Source of the DNA: a virus
Reading direction: 5' to 3' (one strand)
IMG/VR virus record: IMGVR_UViG_3300029796_000300
DNA length: 64,000 nucleotides
Within the stretch, counting starts at the first letter, position 1; each line of letters begins with the position of its first letter. Of this stretch, positions 1 to 8,421 are shown in pieces. A program made the translations under genes and the position numbers. The notes below the pieces were generated by a model that saw only the letters and a program-made list of their open reading frames with translations, searched no databases and was not told the DNA's origin.

Positions 1-187
1 AGTAGCTGCGTGCAAAATCCCGGTAAGCGTTGATACTCATTTCACAGTCATCGACCAGTCGATTGATGACGGAGATTTCGTCCTCGGCAACACCGGAATC
101 CTGAAGCTGCTTGAGCTTCTCGTTCACTTCCTCTACGGTCTCACAGGTAGTGAACCGGTGAGAATGGAAATCCAAAACATAAAACAT
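1..187 (-). CDS. hypothetical protein, 3' end truncated by window edge (starts MFYVLDFHSHRF...)
   Basis: Open frame to window start; ATG at 185-187 preceded by GGAGAAG RBS. Confidence 0.45.
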   Translation of the reverse strand, partial: MFYVLDFHSHRFTTCETVEEVNEKLKQLQDSGVAEDEISVINRLVDDCEMSINAYRDFARSY

Positions 188-209
188 AGAAATCTTCTCC
201 TTTCGGTTT

Positions 210-440
210 TCAAATGGTTGTGTTGTAATCCTTCGTCTTCACTTGGATGATAATTTGCGTACATTTGACAGTCACGAATGTCACTTTTGCTTCCAGGATA
301 CCTGGCATAGCGACTGCCGGAATCTGGTATAGGCTGCGAAAATGCCCAATCTCCTGCAAGCCGACGCGAACTACGACAGGGATTTCATCGCTGGCGGCAC
401 CGATTTGGCTGCAAAAGTCGAAAACAGTCAGTTTCTTCAT
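210..440 (-). CDS. small hypothetical protein (MKKLTVFDF...)
   Basis: ORF track 210..455; internal Met with GGGGGA RBS; abuts upstream gene stop. Confidence 0.3.
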   Translation of the reverse strand: MKKLTVFDFCSQIGAASDEIPVVVRVGLQEIGHFRSLYQIPAVAMPGILEAKVTFVTVKCTQIIIQVKTKDYNTTI

Positions 441-455
441 AGGGTTATCCCCCAC

Positions 456-1001
456 TCAGTTCCAGCAGAGATTCCTGATTTCGCGGTCAGACAGACCAAT
501 CGTTCCATCCAGCATCTCCGTCAAGAACTCATACTGCTCGTCGCCAGTCATGCGGTCGGCATACTCCAAAACATTGTGGATAATGCGACCCGCCGTGCCG
601 TCGATGTCGAAGTTGTTCAGAAGCCACTCGTAAGTGCCTTCGAGGCCGCAGGCTTCAGTCTCCTCGTCATCTGTGTTGGCGTCGCCATTTTCAAGAGCGT
701 CAGCAAGGTCGTTGAGCATCTCTTGGATGGCGTCAGCGTCTTCCACCAACGTCTTGATGTCTGGCACACCACTCACGCTGCCCTGCGCATCGACCAACAT
801 CTTGACGTGTTCCTCGGTATCGAAGCTGTCCGCGTAAGAACGGACTTCGGCTGCAAGACTCTCGGCGTCAGATGCGTCTTTCGTCAGAACCGTGAAGGAG
901 AAATCTTCCCCCGCCGGACTGCACTGGTTAAATTCGATGCTATCGCTGTCCATATCGACTGCCCATCCGTAGCTTTCTGCAATTTGAATCATTTTTTCCA
1001 T
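456..1001 (-). CDS. highly acidic hypothetical protein (Asp/Glu-rich; possible DNA-mimic / anti-restriction-like, inference only)
   Basis: 181-aa ORF; many D/E runs; preceded by conserved leader copy 1 and AAAGGAG RBS. Confidence 0.6.
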   Translation of the reverse strand: MEKMIQIAESYGWAVDMDSDSIEFNQCSPAGEDFSFTVLTKDASDAESLAAEVRSYADSFDTEEHVKMLVDAQGSVSGVPDIKTLVEDADAIQEMLNDLADALENGDANTDDEETEACGLEGTYEWLLNNFDIDGTAGRIIHNVLEYADRMTGDEQYEFLTEMLDGTIGLSDREIRNLCWN

Positions 1002-1034
1002 TTTTTAATTCTCCTTTTTTGAAATTTTTTTGAT

Positions 1035-1171
1035 ATATAAAAGCCAGCATCCGTATGGACGCTGACTGAATTTTCTTTGTGTTTGTGATACTTCTTTTGT
1101 ATGGTCTCAGCATACCGGCAGGCACGGAAAACTCCGCATTTTGCAAATTGGAACCTAAGAACCGAGGAACC
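1035..1171 (-). promoter_or_regulatory. conserved intergenic leader element (type B) copy 1: GAACC x3 at 8-bp period, conserved core, covarying hairpin + T-tract
   Basis: Shared sequence with 5 other copies (5037, 8218, 10258, 54764, 59167); hairpin GCCAGCATCC-GTAT-GGACGCTGAC. Confidence 0.6.
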
Positions 1172-1194
1172 TCAAATCTGGAGTGTGAAAAGAC

Positions 1195-1229
1195 AAAAAG
1201 AAAAAGCGCCGCCCACAAAGGGGCGGCGC
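1195..1229 (-). terminator. rho-independent terminator (GC hairpin GCGCCGCCCC..GGGCGGCGC + T-tract on minus strand)
   Basis: Inverted GC-rich repeat followed by T-run in gene sense. Confidence 0.6.
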
Positions 1230-1235
1230 TCAGGT

Positions 1236-1448
1236 TTAAGACTTGGGAATGGCCTCCAGAAAGGGTTCGACCTTCCGGAACACCTTCTCAGAGCAGAGAA
1301 CATTATTTCCGTTGCCAAGGTGCAGTTCCACGCGGTCGCCGATTCTGTTCCAGACCTTCTCCCCGTGCAGTGTATAGACGGGTAGGCTGCCGTATCTGCC
1401 GGCTTCCACGGTATGCAGCAGAGACGTCAGGTTCTTGATTTTATACAA
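1236..1448 (-). CDS. small hypothetical protein (TTG start)
   Basis: 70-aa ORF between upstream gene stop and terminator; GAGGTGA RBS. Confidence 0.35.
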   Translation of the reverse strand: MYKIKNLTSLLHTVEAGRYGSLPVYTLHGEKVWNRIGDRVELHLGNGNNVLCSEKVFRKVEPFLEAIPKS

Positions 1449-2202
1449 GGGCCGTCACCTCTGTCATTTCCCCGTCGCAGCGGAGAATCTTGAAGACTGC
1501 CATATCCACATTGGGATATGCCTCGGCAATCTTCTGGGCGACCTCGGCCTTGGAGGCTGCGTATACGTCCATGATGAGCATGGGACCACCGCAGTCCGCC
1601 CAGTTGCCCTCCTGGGATTCATCCATCGGGTCAGCATCCTCGGACAGCTGCTGGGGGAAGTAGCCCTGCGCGTCGCGCACATACGAGCTATTAAGGAACA
1701 CAAGATAGCGGCATTCCGCAACCTTGTCCCTGACTCGCTCAAAGAAGGCGCTGGCATCGAAGAGCTTTACCGCTTCCTCAAAGTGACTCGCACACTCCTG
1801 CGCAGGGACAAACAGGGCAATTTCGTCACCCTCCGGGTCGGTATCCTCGCCGAACAGAACGGTCCCCCACGGCTTGCACTGTCTGGTCAGTTCCGTTGCA
1901 ATGCTGCGGAGCGCTTTCCTCGCCTTCTGTTTGGCGTCCTTGACAGCAGGGACATCCATCCAGTTACTGTTGAACATCGTCGTGAGGAGCATCCCATCCT
2001 CGCCGCTGTAAGTGACCGTATAGAGATTTGCGTCGCAGCCGGGGCTGAACTGATAGTGTTCGTACAGTTCCTTCACCGCAGCGGGAAGCCGCTCAGAGTC
2101 ACCTGTCGAAAACCCAGAACCGGGATAGTTTACCTCGCCCTCGGCGTTACACCAGTAATACATGGAATCGGTCTGATATGCTTTGTTCAAACTTTTAATC
2201 AT
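1441..2202 (-). CDS. hypothetical acidic protein
   Basis: 253-aa ORF, good RBS context, operon with neighbours. Confidence 0.6.
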   Translation of the reverse strand: MIKSLNKAYQTDSMYYWCNAEGEVNYPGSGFSTGDSERLPAAVKELYEHYQFSPGCDANLYTVTYSGEDGMLLTTMFNSNWMDVPAVKDAKQKARKALRSIATELTRQCKPWGTVLFGEDTDPEGDEIALFVPAQECASHFEEAVKLFDASAFFERVRDKVAECRYLVFLNSSYVRDAQGYFPQQLSEDADPMDESQEGNWADCGGPMLIMDVYAASKAEVAQKIAEAYPNVDMAVFKILRCDGEMTEVTALV

Positions 2203-2232
2203 TTTTCATTTCTCCTTTGTTCCGTATTTTTC

Positions 2233-2778
2233 TTATTCATTGCCCGCCCGGATAACCGCAGCGACGGCCTCTGGCGTCGCGCCGATGGCATCCGTATAGT
2301 TGATGAACTCGTCCTCGGCATAGTCGCGTCCGCCCACGATGTAGGCAGAAACTACCATAGTCCAGAGGTGTTTGAAATCCTCAACGGACATATCGGCTGG
2401 CCGCTTAGCCAGCAGCCTTGGATGGGTCTTGGCAACAATGTCCAGCAGGGCATCTTCGTCGATGGTCTTGCTGTACGCATAGGTCTCCTTGTCGTTCAGG
2501 AGTCGTTCGACCTGTGCGGCCAGGATTTCGACGCGCTCATAAGCGGTCAGCTCCCCGGCACCGTCGTCAGGACCGCAGCCGTTGTCCAGCTGGGCCTGGA
2601 ATGCGGCCAAGTCCTCGTCCCAACAGGCGGTGTGTGCCAAGTAATAATAGGCGTTCTCGGCAGCCACATTGACGTCGAACCTGGAGTCATACTCCAGCTC
2701 GTCCAGTGCCCTGTCGATGACCTCCCGAACCCGTTTAAGGGTGAGAGAGGAGGATTCGTAGTCTTTCAGCAATTTCAT
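2233..2778 (-). CDS. hypothetical acidic protein
   Basis: 181-aa ORF. Confidence 0.6.
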   Translation of the reverse strand: MKLLKDYESSSLTLKRVREVIDRALDELEYDSRFDVNVAAENAYYYLAHTACWDEDLAAFQAQLDNGCGPDDGAGELTAYERVEILAAQVERLLNDKETYAYSKTIDEDALLDIVAKTHPRLLAKRPADMSVEDFKHLWTMVVSAYIVGGRDYAEDEFINYTDAIGATPEAVAAVIRAGNE

Positions 2779-2806
2779 GCTTCTGTCTCCTTTCGAGTCA
2801 AGAAAA

Positions 2807-4237
2807 TCAGTTGTTGGGCTTCAGAATATCGGGTATCCAGTTTTCAGCAGATGGCCTGCGGAGACTCTCCGGCACGCAATCATAGAACGCTGAATTTTCC
2901 GCCACAGCCATGTCGATAATCCAGAAATCGTCACCATTCTGCATCACGTCGATGCTCCACTGGCCTTGCAGGTCAAGCGCCGGCAGGAATTCCCGAATGT
3001 GTTCCACCACGGAATCGACATTCTCATGGTAGCGCCGCATCAAGGTCGCTTCGTGACTTTTGAAAATCACATAATCGTGCATCTGATGCGGACTGTTTGC
3101 GTCCGAGCATGAACCAAAGCGATTGAGCATAGTCTTCGGCTCCCAATAGGGAGAGACACCGATGACAGCATCGCTGTCACAGTCAACAAATACGCGATAT
3201 TCCGTATGAAGCGGCAAACCATGATAGATACAGGGATTTCCCTCTTTATCTGGAATGAATTCCCGCACGACCCACTCATTTGTCGTTGAGACCCCATAAA
3301 TGCAGGGAAAGCTAAGGGGACCGGCCATCTGTAACGCCTGATGGTGGATGTAGAGCAAATACTCGCCAAGCTCTCGAACCTCTTTTTCTCCGTGTACCAG
3401 ACAATTCCGGAAGTCGAACTTCGATGAATAGGTGCCGGTTTTCACGAAGTAATCCCGCTCGTCATTCAGGCGAAATACAGCGTGCGCCCAGTTATCGACG
3501 ATTTGGATGGTCGAAGGCGTTAGGCTGTGATAGTCCAGACGAGTCAGCTGTAAGAGCGTCAGGGGGACCTTGGCTATCGTCGTTGCCGGAATCCGGAAGA
3601 ATCCAGAATCCCGGTAGGCACTCACAAGCTCCGGGAACCAATGTCCGATGGAGTTGCGATTCTGCCCGATGATGCGGTAGGCCAGCGCATCAAGGTCAAG
3701 GATGTCCAGTCCCTGCCGAAAGCGGTTATACGCATCCCGACGGTCCTTCGGCGTCTTCCCGTTCTGCATCTTGTCGTAGTAGAACAGGAACACAGCTGAG
3801 GCGGTGATGTCAAGGTCTCGCTTCATCAGTTCCCCACTCAGCTGCGGTCGCAGCGAAGCGGGAATTCGCAGCAGGTCCTGATTGGTGACAGGAGCATTTT
3901 TCTCCGGTGCGTTGGAAAGCGATTTTTCAATTTTGCCTGTTTTCCCATCATAAGTGTAGGTCAGCGTCTGCCAGATAAGCTCCTTCACGATGCGTTCCGT
4001 AAGAGCTTTCAGCTCTTCCGGGCTGTCGTCGCCGAGCCGCTCGTTTTTCGCCGCTGCCTGCCTGGAATTGACCTCGAAAATGCTTTCTGGCTCAGTCTGC
4101 AACGCAGCTTTGGAATAAGCCTTCTCGAAGGCATCCAGTGCATCAGGACTGACGCGCAGGATTTCCGCGATTCGGTCTCTGCTAATGTAGAATTTCTGTG
4201 CGGATGTCTGAGCAAACAGATTGTCTAAACCAAACAT
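2807..4237 (-). CDS. putative ATP-grasp-like enzyme (C-terminal ...YRVFVDCD...WIIDMAVAENSAFY resembles ATP-grasp fold)
   Basis: 476-aa ORF; motif resemblance only, no database check possible. Confidence 0.55.
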   Translation of the reverse strand: MFGLDNLFAQTSAQKFYISRDRIAEILRVSPDALDAFEKAYSKAALQTEPESIFEVNSRQAAAKNERLGDDSPEELKALTERIVKELIWQTLTYTYDGKTGKIEKSLSNAPEKNAPVTNQDLLRIPASLRPQLSGELMKRDLDITASAVFLFYYDKMQNGKTPKDRRDAYNRFRQGLDILDLDALAYRIIGQNRNSIGHWFPELVSAYRDSGFFRIPATTIAKVPLTLLQLTRLDYHSLTPSTIQIVDNWAHAVFRLNDERDYFVKTGTYSSKFDFRNCLVHGEKEVRELGEYLLYIHHQALQMAGPLSFPCIYGVSTTNEWVVREFIPDKEGNPCIYHGLPLHTEYRVFVDCDSDAVIGVSPYWEPKTMLNRFGSCSDANSPHQMHDYVIFKSHEATLMRRYHENVDSVVEHIREFLPALDLQGQWSIDVMQNGDDFWIIDMAVAENSAFYDCVPESLRRPSAENWIPDILKPNN

Positions 4238-4249
4238 CTTCAGCCCTCC

Positions 4250-4998
4250 TTATGAGATTTGAGAATCGGCGTTCTTCACATAGTCTTTCACTTTCTTCTG
4301 AAGCTGGTTGACCTTGCAAATCACGTTCTCCTCGTCGTCGATATCCTCGTAACTGCTGTCACAGCCGTCTACCACATTACCGTTTGCGGCAATGTAGAGC
4401 GTATCGAAGGCAATGCTGTTGTACTCTGTGGAGTAATCCGTTACCAGCTCGTCCATGTCGGTCCTGAGCACCTCCGGTGCTCTTACGCCGATGCCGTTCT
4501 TGTTGGCACGTCCGGTATTTAACAGCCAATTCAAATCGTCATCCTTGACCGAATGCTGTTTACCCTGGCCGAAGAAGGACAAGCCGCTCAGAATTTTCGC
4601 GTTGTCATTGTCGCGGAACGCCTCGTGGAACATATCCACAGAGACATCGACCTCGCACATATCCTGCTCTTCCATCTTAGCATACGATTCCAGCAGCGTC
4701 AGCGCGAGGTCGCGCATCTGCTCCTTCGACGTCGCTCCGTTGGTGGCGACATAGAAAGCAGCCGGCATCGTGTCATAACGCTCCGCAAGCTCAAAGTACC
4801 GCTTGATGGCCGGAACATTCAAAGACGGCTCGCCGCCCGTGAAAATGACGGAAGCAGGGTGGATATGCTTAGCGATGCCCGACAGAACTGCTGTTGAGAT
4901 GTCAAGATTTTGCGCATCTCCGCGCAGGCAGTGGTTGCATTTCATGTTGCAGCGACGAGTGACCTCAATGGCGAGGTAATTTACATAAATCTCCATTT
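4250..4998 (-). CDS. radical SAM domain protein (CNMKCNHC = CxxxCxxC; TGGEP motif), small single-cluster type
   Basis: Cys triad 13 aa from N-terminus; ATG at 4996-4998 downstream of leader copy 2 with AAAGGAGAAATG RBS. Confidence 0.8.
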
Positions 4999-5036
4999 TC
5001 ATTTCTCCTTTTTTGTGATGGTTATGTGATATATAA

Positions 5037-5176
5037 AAGCCAGCACCCACGCGGGCGCTGACTGAACTTTCTCTTTTGTTTGTGATACTTCTTTGGTATG
5101 GTCTCAGCATACCGGCGGAAGTGGAAATTGCCGCATTCACCTTCCAAGAACCTGAGAACTGGAGAACCGGAGAACT
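5037..5176 (-). promoter_or_regulatory. conserved leader element (type B) copy 2; hairpin GCCAGCACCC-ACGC-GGGCGCTGAC (compensatory changes); GAACC/GAACT x4 at 8-bp period
   Basis: Alignment with other copies. Confidence 0.6.
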
Positions 5177-5182
5177 GCAAAG

Positions 5183-5216
5183 AAAAAGCGCCGTCCATTA
5201 CGGGCGGCGCTTTTTC
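5183..5216 (-). terminator. bidirectional-looking intrinsic terminator (GCGCCGTCC...GGGCGGCGC flanked by A/T runs)
   Basis: GC-rich palindrome with flanking T/A tracts. Confidence 0.55.
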
Positions 5217-5217
5217 A

Positions 5218-6135
5218 TCAAATTTTGTGGGTGCAGTACGGGCAGCGCTCGTCTGTCGCGTAGCAGATGCACTCGGTATCATCCTGCCAGGGGTGGCAGG
5301 TATTGATGCGGAACCGTGCGGAAAGCGCGGTTTCCAGATAGTCGGCCACAGGACCAATGGCGGCCATATCCCAGCGAAGCGGAAGCCCGTCGTCGGCATC
5401 CTCCTGTAAGGAGTGTTCGCCGGCGGCTTCCTTCGCCTCGTCCGTAGCGTCAGACAGGAGGCCCTCCGGAAGCGCGTTGACGTGTTCCACGGAAAGCTCA
5501 TTCACAGCTGCGAGAAGAGCCTCTTTCGGCGCTTCCCCGTTTACGCTGTGGCCTGTGACAACCGCGCAGATGAAGTCGAACACTGCGTTGTCGATGCGGT
5601 CGCCGGCCTCGGCGAGGAGGTCGTTGTCCTTGACAGGCTCCCTGCGGATGGTGCCATGCGTCCACGGCCCCGTGTAGGTGCCGATGCTTGGCAGGCGCTC
5701 CAGCAGGGCTGCTTTCATGCCGTCAAGGTACGCCTTGTAGTGCTTCCTCTGGAAACCCTCCGAACAGGGGTTATCCTTCTGAAGCAGTTCCACGGCATAG
5801 GCCCAGTCGCTGTCCTCAATGCCGATGTAAAACAGGCTGCTTTCGAGGATGACGCGCACATTGCGGCCAAGCCACTTGTCCTGCTTGACACGCGCAAAGC
5901 TGGGATACCTGTGCGTGAAGTTCTCCACAAAGCACTCCAGCACATCCTCCAGCTCGTTCGCACTGCCTTCGTCATCGAAGAGCCAGCCGTTGCCGGACAA
6001 ATCCTTGGCGCTGAGGTCTTTCTGGAGGATGGTATCCTCACAGTCATCCTCGCGGCGAAGCACTGTGGTATAGTCGCTGTCGATATAGAACAGGCCCTCA
6101 TACGGACCGCTCACACAAACATTACCTTTTCCCAT
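5218..6135 (-). CDS. hypothetical acidic protein with C-terminal Cys cluster (CHPWQDDTECICYATDERCPYCTH)
   Basis: 305-aa ORF. Confidence 0.6.
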   Translation of the reverse strand: MGKGNVCVSGPYEGLFYIDSDYTTVLRREDDCEDTILQKDLSAKDLSGNGWLFDDEGSANELEDVLECFVENFTHRYPSFARVKQDKWLGRNVRVILESSLFYIGIEDSDWAYAVELLQKDNPCSEGFQRKHYKAYLDGMKAALLERLPSIGTYTGPWTHGTIRREPVKDNDLLAEAGDRIDNAVFDFICAVVTGHSVNGEAPKEALLAAVNELSVEHVNALPEGLLSDATDEAKEAAGEHSLQEDADDGLPLRWDMAAIGPVADYLETALSARFRINTCHPWQDDTECICYATDERCPYCTHKI

Positions 6136-6173
6136 TTTTTCATTTCTCCTTATTGTTAAAAAATCGTAGATTC

Positions 6174-6377
6174 TCAGATGTCGTCATCACCGACATCGAA
6201 CCCCAAATGACAGAATCCAAACTCGTCGGACAGCCAGTTGGAAATCGTGTCGAGCCATTCTTCCCTACTTGCAAAATGGGATTGGTCGAATCTGCTTGGC
6301 AGCTCAACTTCCTTCGGCAGGGAGGCTCTTGCCTCCCTGTCGCCGTCGGTGTCCCAAAGGATATTGCGGATTTTCAT
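6174..6377 (-). CDS. small hypothetical protein (MKIRNILWDTDGD...)
   Basis: Internal Met of ORF 6174..6410 with AAAGGAGAAATAATG RBS. Confidence 0.5.
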   Translation of the reverse strand: MKIRNILWDTDGDREARASLPKEVELPSRFDQSHFASREEWLDTISNWLSDEFGFCHLGFDVGDDDI

Positions 6378-6388
6378 TATTTCTCCTT

Positions 6389-6793
6389 TCAGTCGGCGGA
6401 CACATACCACCAGCCGGTGTATCTGTCTTCTTCGTGATTTCTTTCGTCCTCCTTGTGGTCGTAGTAGCCGGTGTGGAGGTCAAAGGCCTCCCCTCGTTCG
6501 TTGTAAAGCTGCCACAGGAGGTCGCACAGCGCGTTCGCGGCAGATTCTGTCTTGCACAGAATCTGGTCCCCATCGCTCCAGACTTCGCCATCGGAATAGT
6601 CGCGAACCCGCGCACAGATGAACGAAAAGAAATCCTTTTCTGCATAGCTGTCGCAGTTCACGGAGATATCGAGCGTTTTGCTGACATTCTCAATCTCGTC
6701 GTAGTGTCCTTTGACGAGATAGTTGTTCACGATGAACTGCATCCGCTTGGAGCACACGCCCACATGAGTGCAGTTGAGACAAGTCTTCTGCAT
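6389..6793 (-). CDS. hypothetical Cys-containing protein
   Basis: 134-aa ORF in operon. Confidence 0.55.
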   Translation of the reverse strand: MQKTCLNCTHVGVCSKRMQFIVNNYLVKGHYDEIENVSKTLDISVNCDSYAEKDFFSFICARVRDYSDGEVWSDGDQILCKTESAANALCDLLWQLYNERGEAFDLHTGYYDHKEDERNHEEDRYTGWWYVSAD

Positions 6794-6794
6794 A

Positions 6795-7460
6795 TCAGCA
6801 ATCCTCCTTCATCATGAAATCCTTCATAGCGTAGTCCTGGCAGCCGTCATCGCCCAGTCTCGGAGCCTTTCCGGTGACGAAGGGCAGCTTGCAGATGCCG
6901 TGCGGATTGAAGACACAGAACTCCGTGTCGCATTCCGTACACAGCTTCTCCAGTTCGGCGTAGTTATCCCGTTCCTGGTCGGAACTGCACTCAATCTTCG
7001 TCAGATATTTCAGGCTGGCATTCATGGTATTCCCGGTTTTGAGCAGGTAGTTGAACATACCGTTTCCGGTATCGTCCCTCTCCACGCTCAGGAACCTCAC
7101 GGTTGCAGCCTCAGAACGAGGCAGCAGCTCGACGATTTTGACCGTGGCACGGGAAGCATTCTCCGTTCCAAAGCCATAGGTACAGACATCGCCGGCCTTC
7201 AGCTCCTGTGCAGGCTGATTGTGACGGCAGGTATCGGCCTCGGAGTTGTAATCGCAGTTCTCCACGCACTTGTCCTCCGGATGCTGGCAGGCGTCACAGA
7301 GCATCAGCCGCTTGCCGCAATGAGGGCAGAACGCCTTGTAGCCGTCTGCGGCCACATTCCATCGCATCTCAACCTCTGCTTCGCAATGCGGGCAGACCTC
7401 TGTCACGATATACTCGCGGTCTTTGCAGGAACCGGTGGTTTTCTCACTAATATTAGTCAT
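6795..7460 (-). CDS. Cys-rich (multiple CxxC) putative zinc-binding protein
   Basis: CPHCEAE...CPHCGKR...CTECDTEFC motifs; second ATG has better RBS spacing. Confidence 0.6.
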   Translation of the reverse strand: MTNISEKTTGSCKDREYIVTEVCPHCEAEVEMRWNVAADGYKAFCPHCGKRLMLCDACQHPEDKCVENCDYNSEADTCRHNQPAQELKAGDVCTYGFGTENASRATVKIVELLPRSEAATVRFLSVERDDTGNGMFNYLLKTGNTMNASLKYLTKIECSSDQERDNYAELEKLCTECDTEFCVFNPHGICKLPFVTGKAPRLGDDGCQDYAMKDFMMKEDC

Positions 7461-7484
7461 AATTCTCATTCTCCTTCTTTTTTG

Positions 7485-8183
7485 TCAGTCACGCCAGTAT
7501 GCGCCGTCTTTCGCTTCGCCCTTCGGGAAAACGGTATACTCTGTTCCGTGCAGCACGATGTACTCATGGTTCAGAACATTGACAGAATCTCCAACGTCAA
7601 TGGTCTGAATGTTGAATACCTGCTTTGTGTCCAGACAGACGTCTGCCTTTGTCGCCGCAATGCAATTTCCGCCGTCCCAAACGGAGACATAAGGGATGTT
7701 GCGAACGATGGAAGGCTCTTCCTCAGTGCTCTGCTCAGCTTTCTCCAGAGCTGCCCGTACCTCGCCAATCTGCCAAGAAGGCATCAACGGGAATCCGGCT
7801 CTCGTATAGAGACCGCCGCCCGCCTCCGCCTTCTCCAAGGCGGCCTTTGCGGCGTCCTCGGATGCGAAGATGGTGTACTGGCTGACCTCGATACCGGGCA
7901 AGTAGGAAAACGTCTTCGTTTTACCATCAGAGCATTCGACTTCGGTCATTCCCGAATAGGCAACGCCCGTCCAGCCAAACCAACCGGGTTCCACAAATTC
8001 GGAGAAGGTCACAGTAGACACCGTTACTTTTACGACCGCCAACTCTCTCGTGGACGGACGATACAGCCGACCGTATTTGTTGACTTTCTGCTTAAAGGTG
8101 ATTGCGTACACCTCGGAGCCAATGCCGATGGGAACGCCGTCAGCAGTCTTGCACGCTGGTAAGAGATATGCCTTGTTCTTCAT
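7485..8183 (-). CDS. hypothetical protein
   Basis: 232-aa ORF, first gene after leader copy 3. Confidence 0.6.
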   Translation of the reverse strand: MKNKAYLLPACKTADGVPIGIGSEVYAITFKQKVNKYGRLYRPSTRELAVVKVTVSTVTFSEFVEPGWFGWTGVAYSGMTEVECSDGKTKTFSYLPGIEVSQYTIFASEDAAKAALEKAEAGGGLYTRAGFPLMPSWQIGEVRAALEKAEQSTEEEPSIVRNIPYVSVWDGGNCIAATKADVCLDTKQVFNIQTIDVGDSVNVLNHEYIVLHGTEYTVFPKGEAKDGAYWRD

Positions 8184-8217
8184 TTTTTTCGTTTCTCCTT
8201 TTTGTTTATGAAATTTT

Positions 8218-8359
8218 TATATATAAAAGCCAGCATCCGCAACGGACGCTGACTGAACTTTCTTTGTGTTTGAGATACTTCTTTTGTATGATTTCAGCAT
8301 ACCGGCAGAAGAGAAAAAATCACCTATTTCCTGATGGAGAACCTAAGAATATGAGAACT
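8218..8359 (-). promoter_or_regulatory. conserved leader element (type B) copy 3; hairpin GCCAGCATCC-GCAAC-GGACGCTGAC
   Basis: Alignment with other copies; GAACC/GAATA/GAACT at 8-bp period. Confidence 0.6.
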
Positions 8360-8378
8360 CGATTGTGGCAAAACATGG

Positions 8379-8413
8379 AAAAAGCGCCGGCGGATATTTT
8401 CATCCACCGACGC
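8379..8413 (-). terminator. intrinsic terminator downstream of 8422..9417 gene
   Basis: Hairpin GCGCCGGCGGAT..ATCCACCGACGC followed by T-tract in gene sense. Confidence 0.55.
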
Positions 8414-8421
8414 TTCAGTTG

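Noticed and set aside
1141-1156. Sigma-54-like -24/-12 element (GG-N9-GC, TTGCA) in leader copy 1
   Set aside because: Spacing is off by one and the TTGCA is not conserved in the other five copies.
1035-1171. Type B leader as a plain sigma-A promoter
   Set aside because: No TTGACA/TATAAT pair with proper spacing on the gene strand within the invariant core. The only decent match (cTGACT-N18-TGtGATACT) is on the opposite strand. The variable-sequence, conserved-structure hairpin is not explained by a simple promoter. Kept as a structured regulatory element of unknown mechanism.
1435-2919. 494-aa plus-strand ORF, and similar long plus-strand ORFs at 6768-8162, 27679-28728, 36931-38118, 52970-54736 and 55748-58162
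   Set aside because: Each lies antisense to a minus-strand gene that has better start context, recognisable motifs and operon continuity. They read as low-complexity, Arg/Leu/Gly-rich translations typical of antisense shadows in GC-biased coding DNA.
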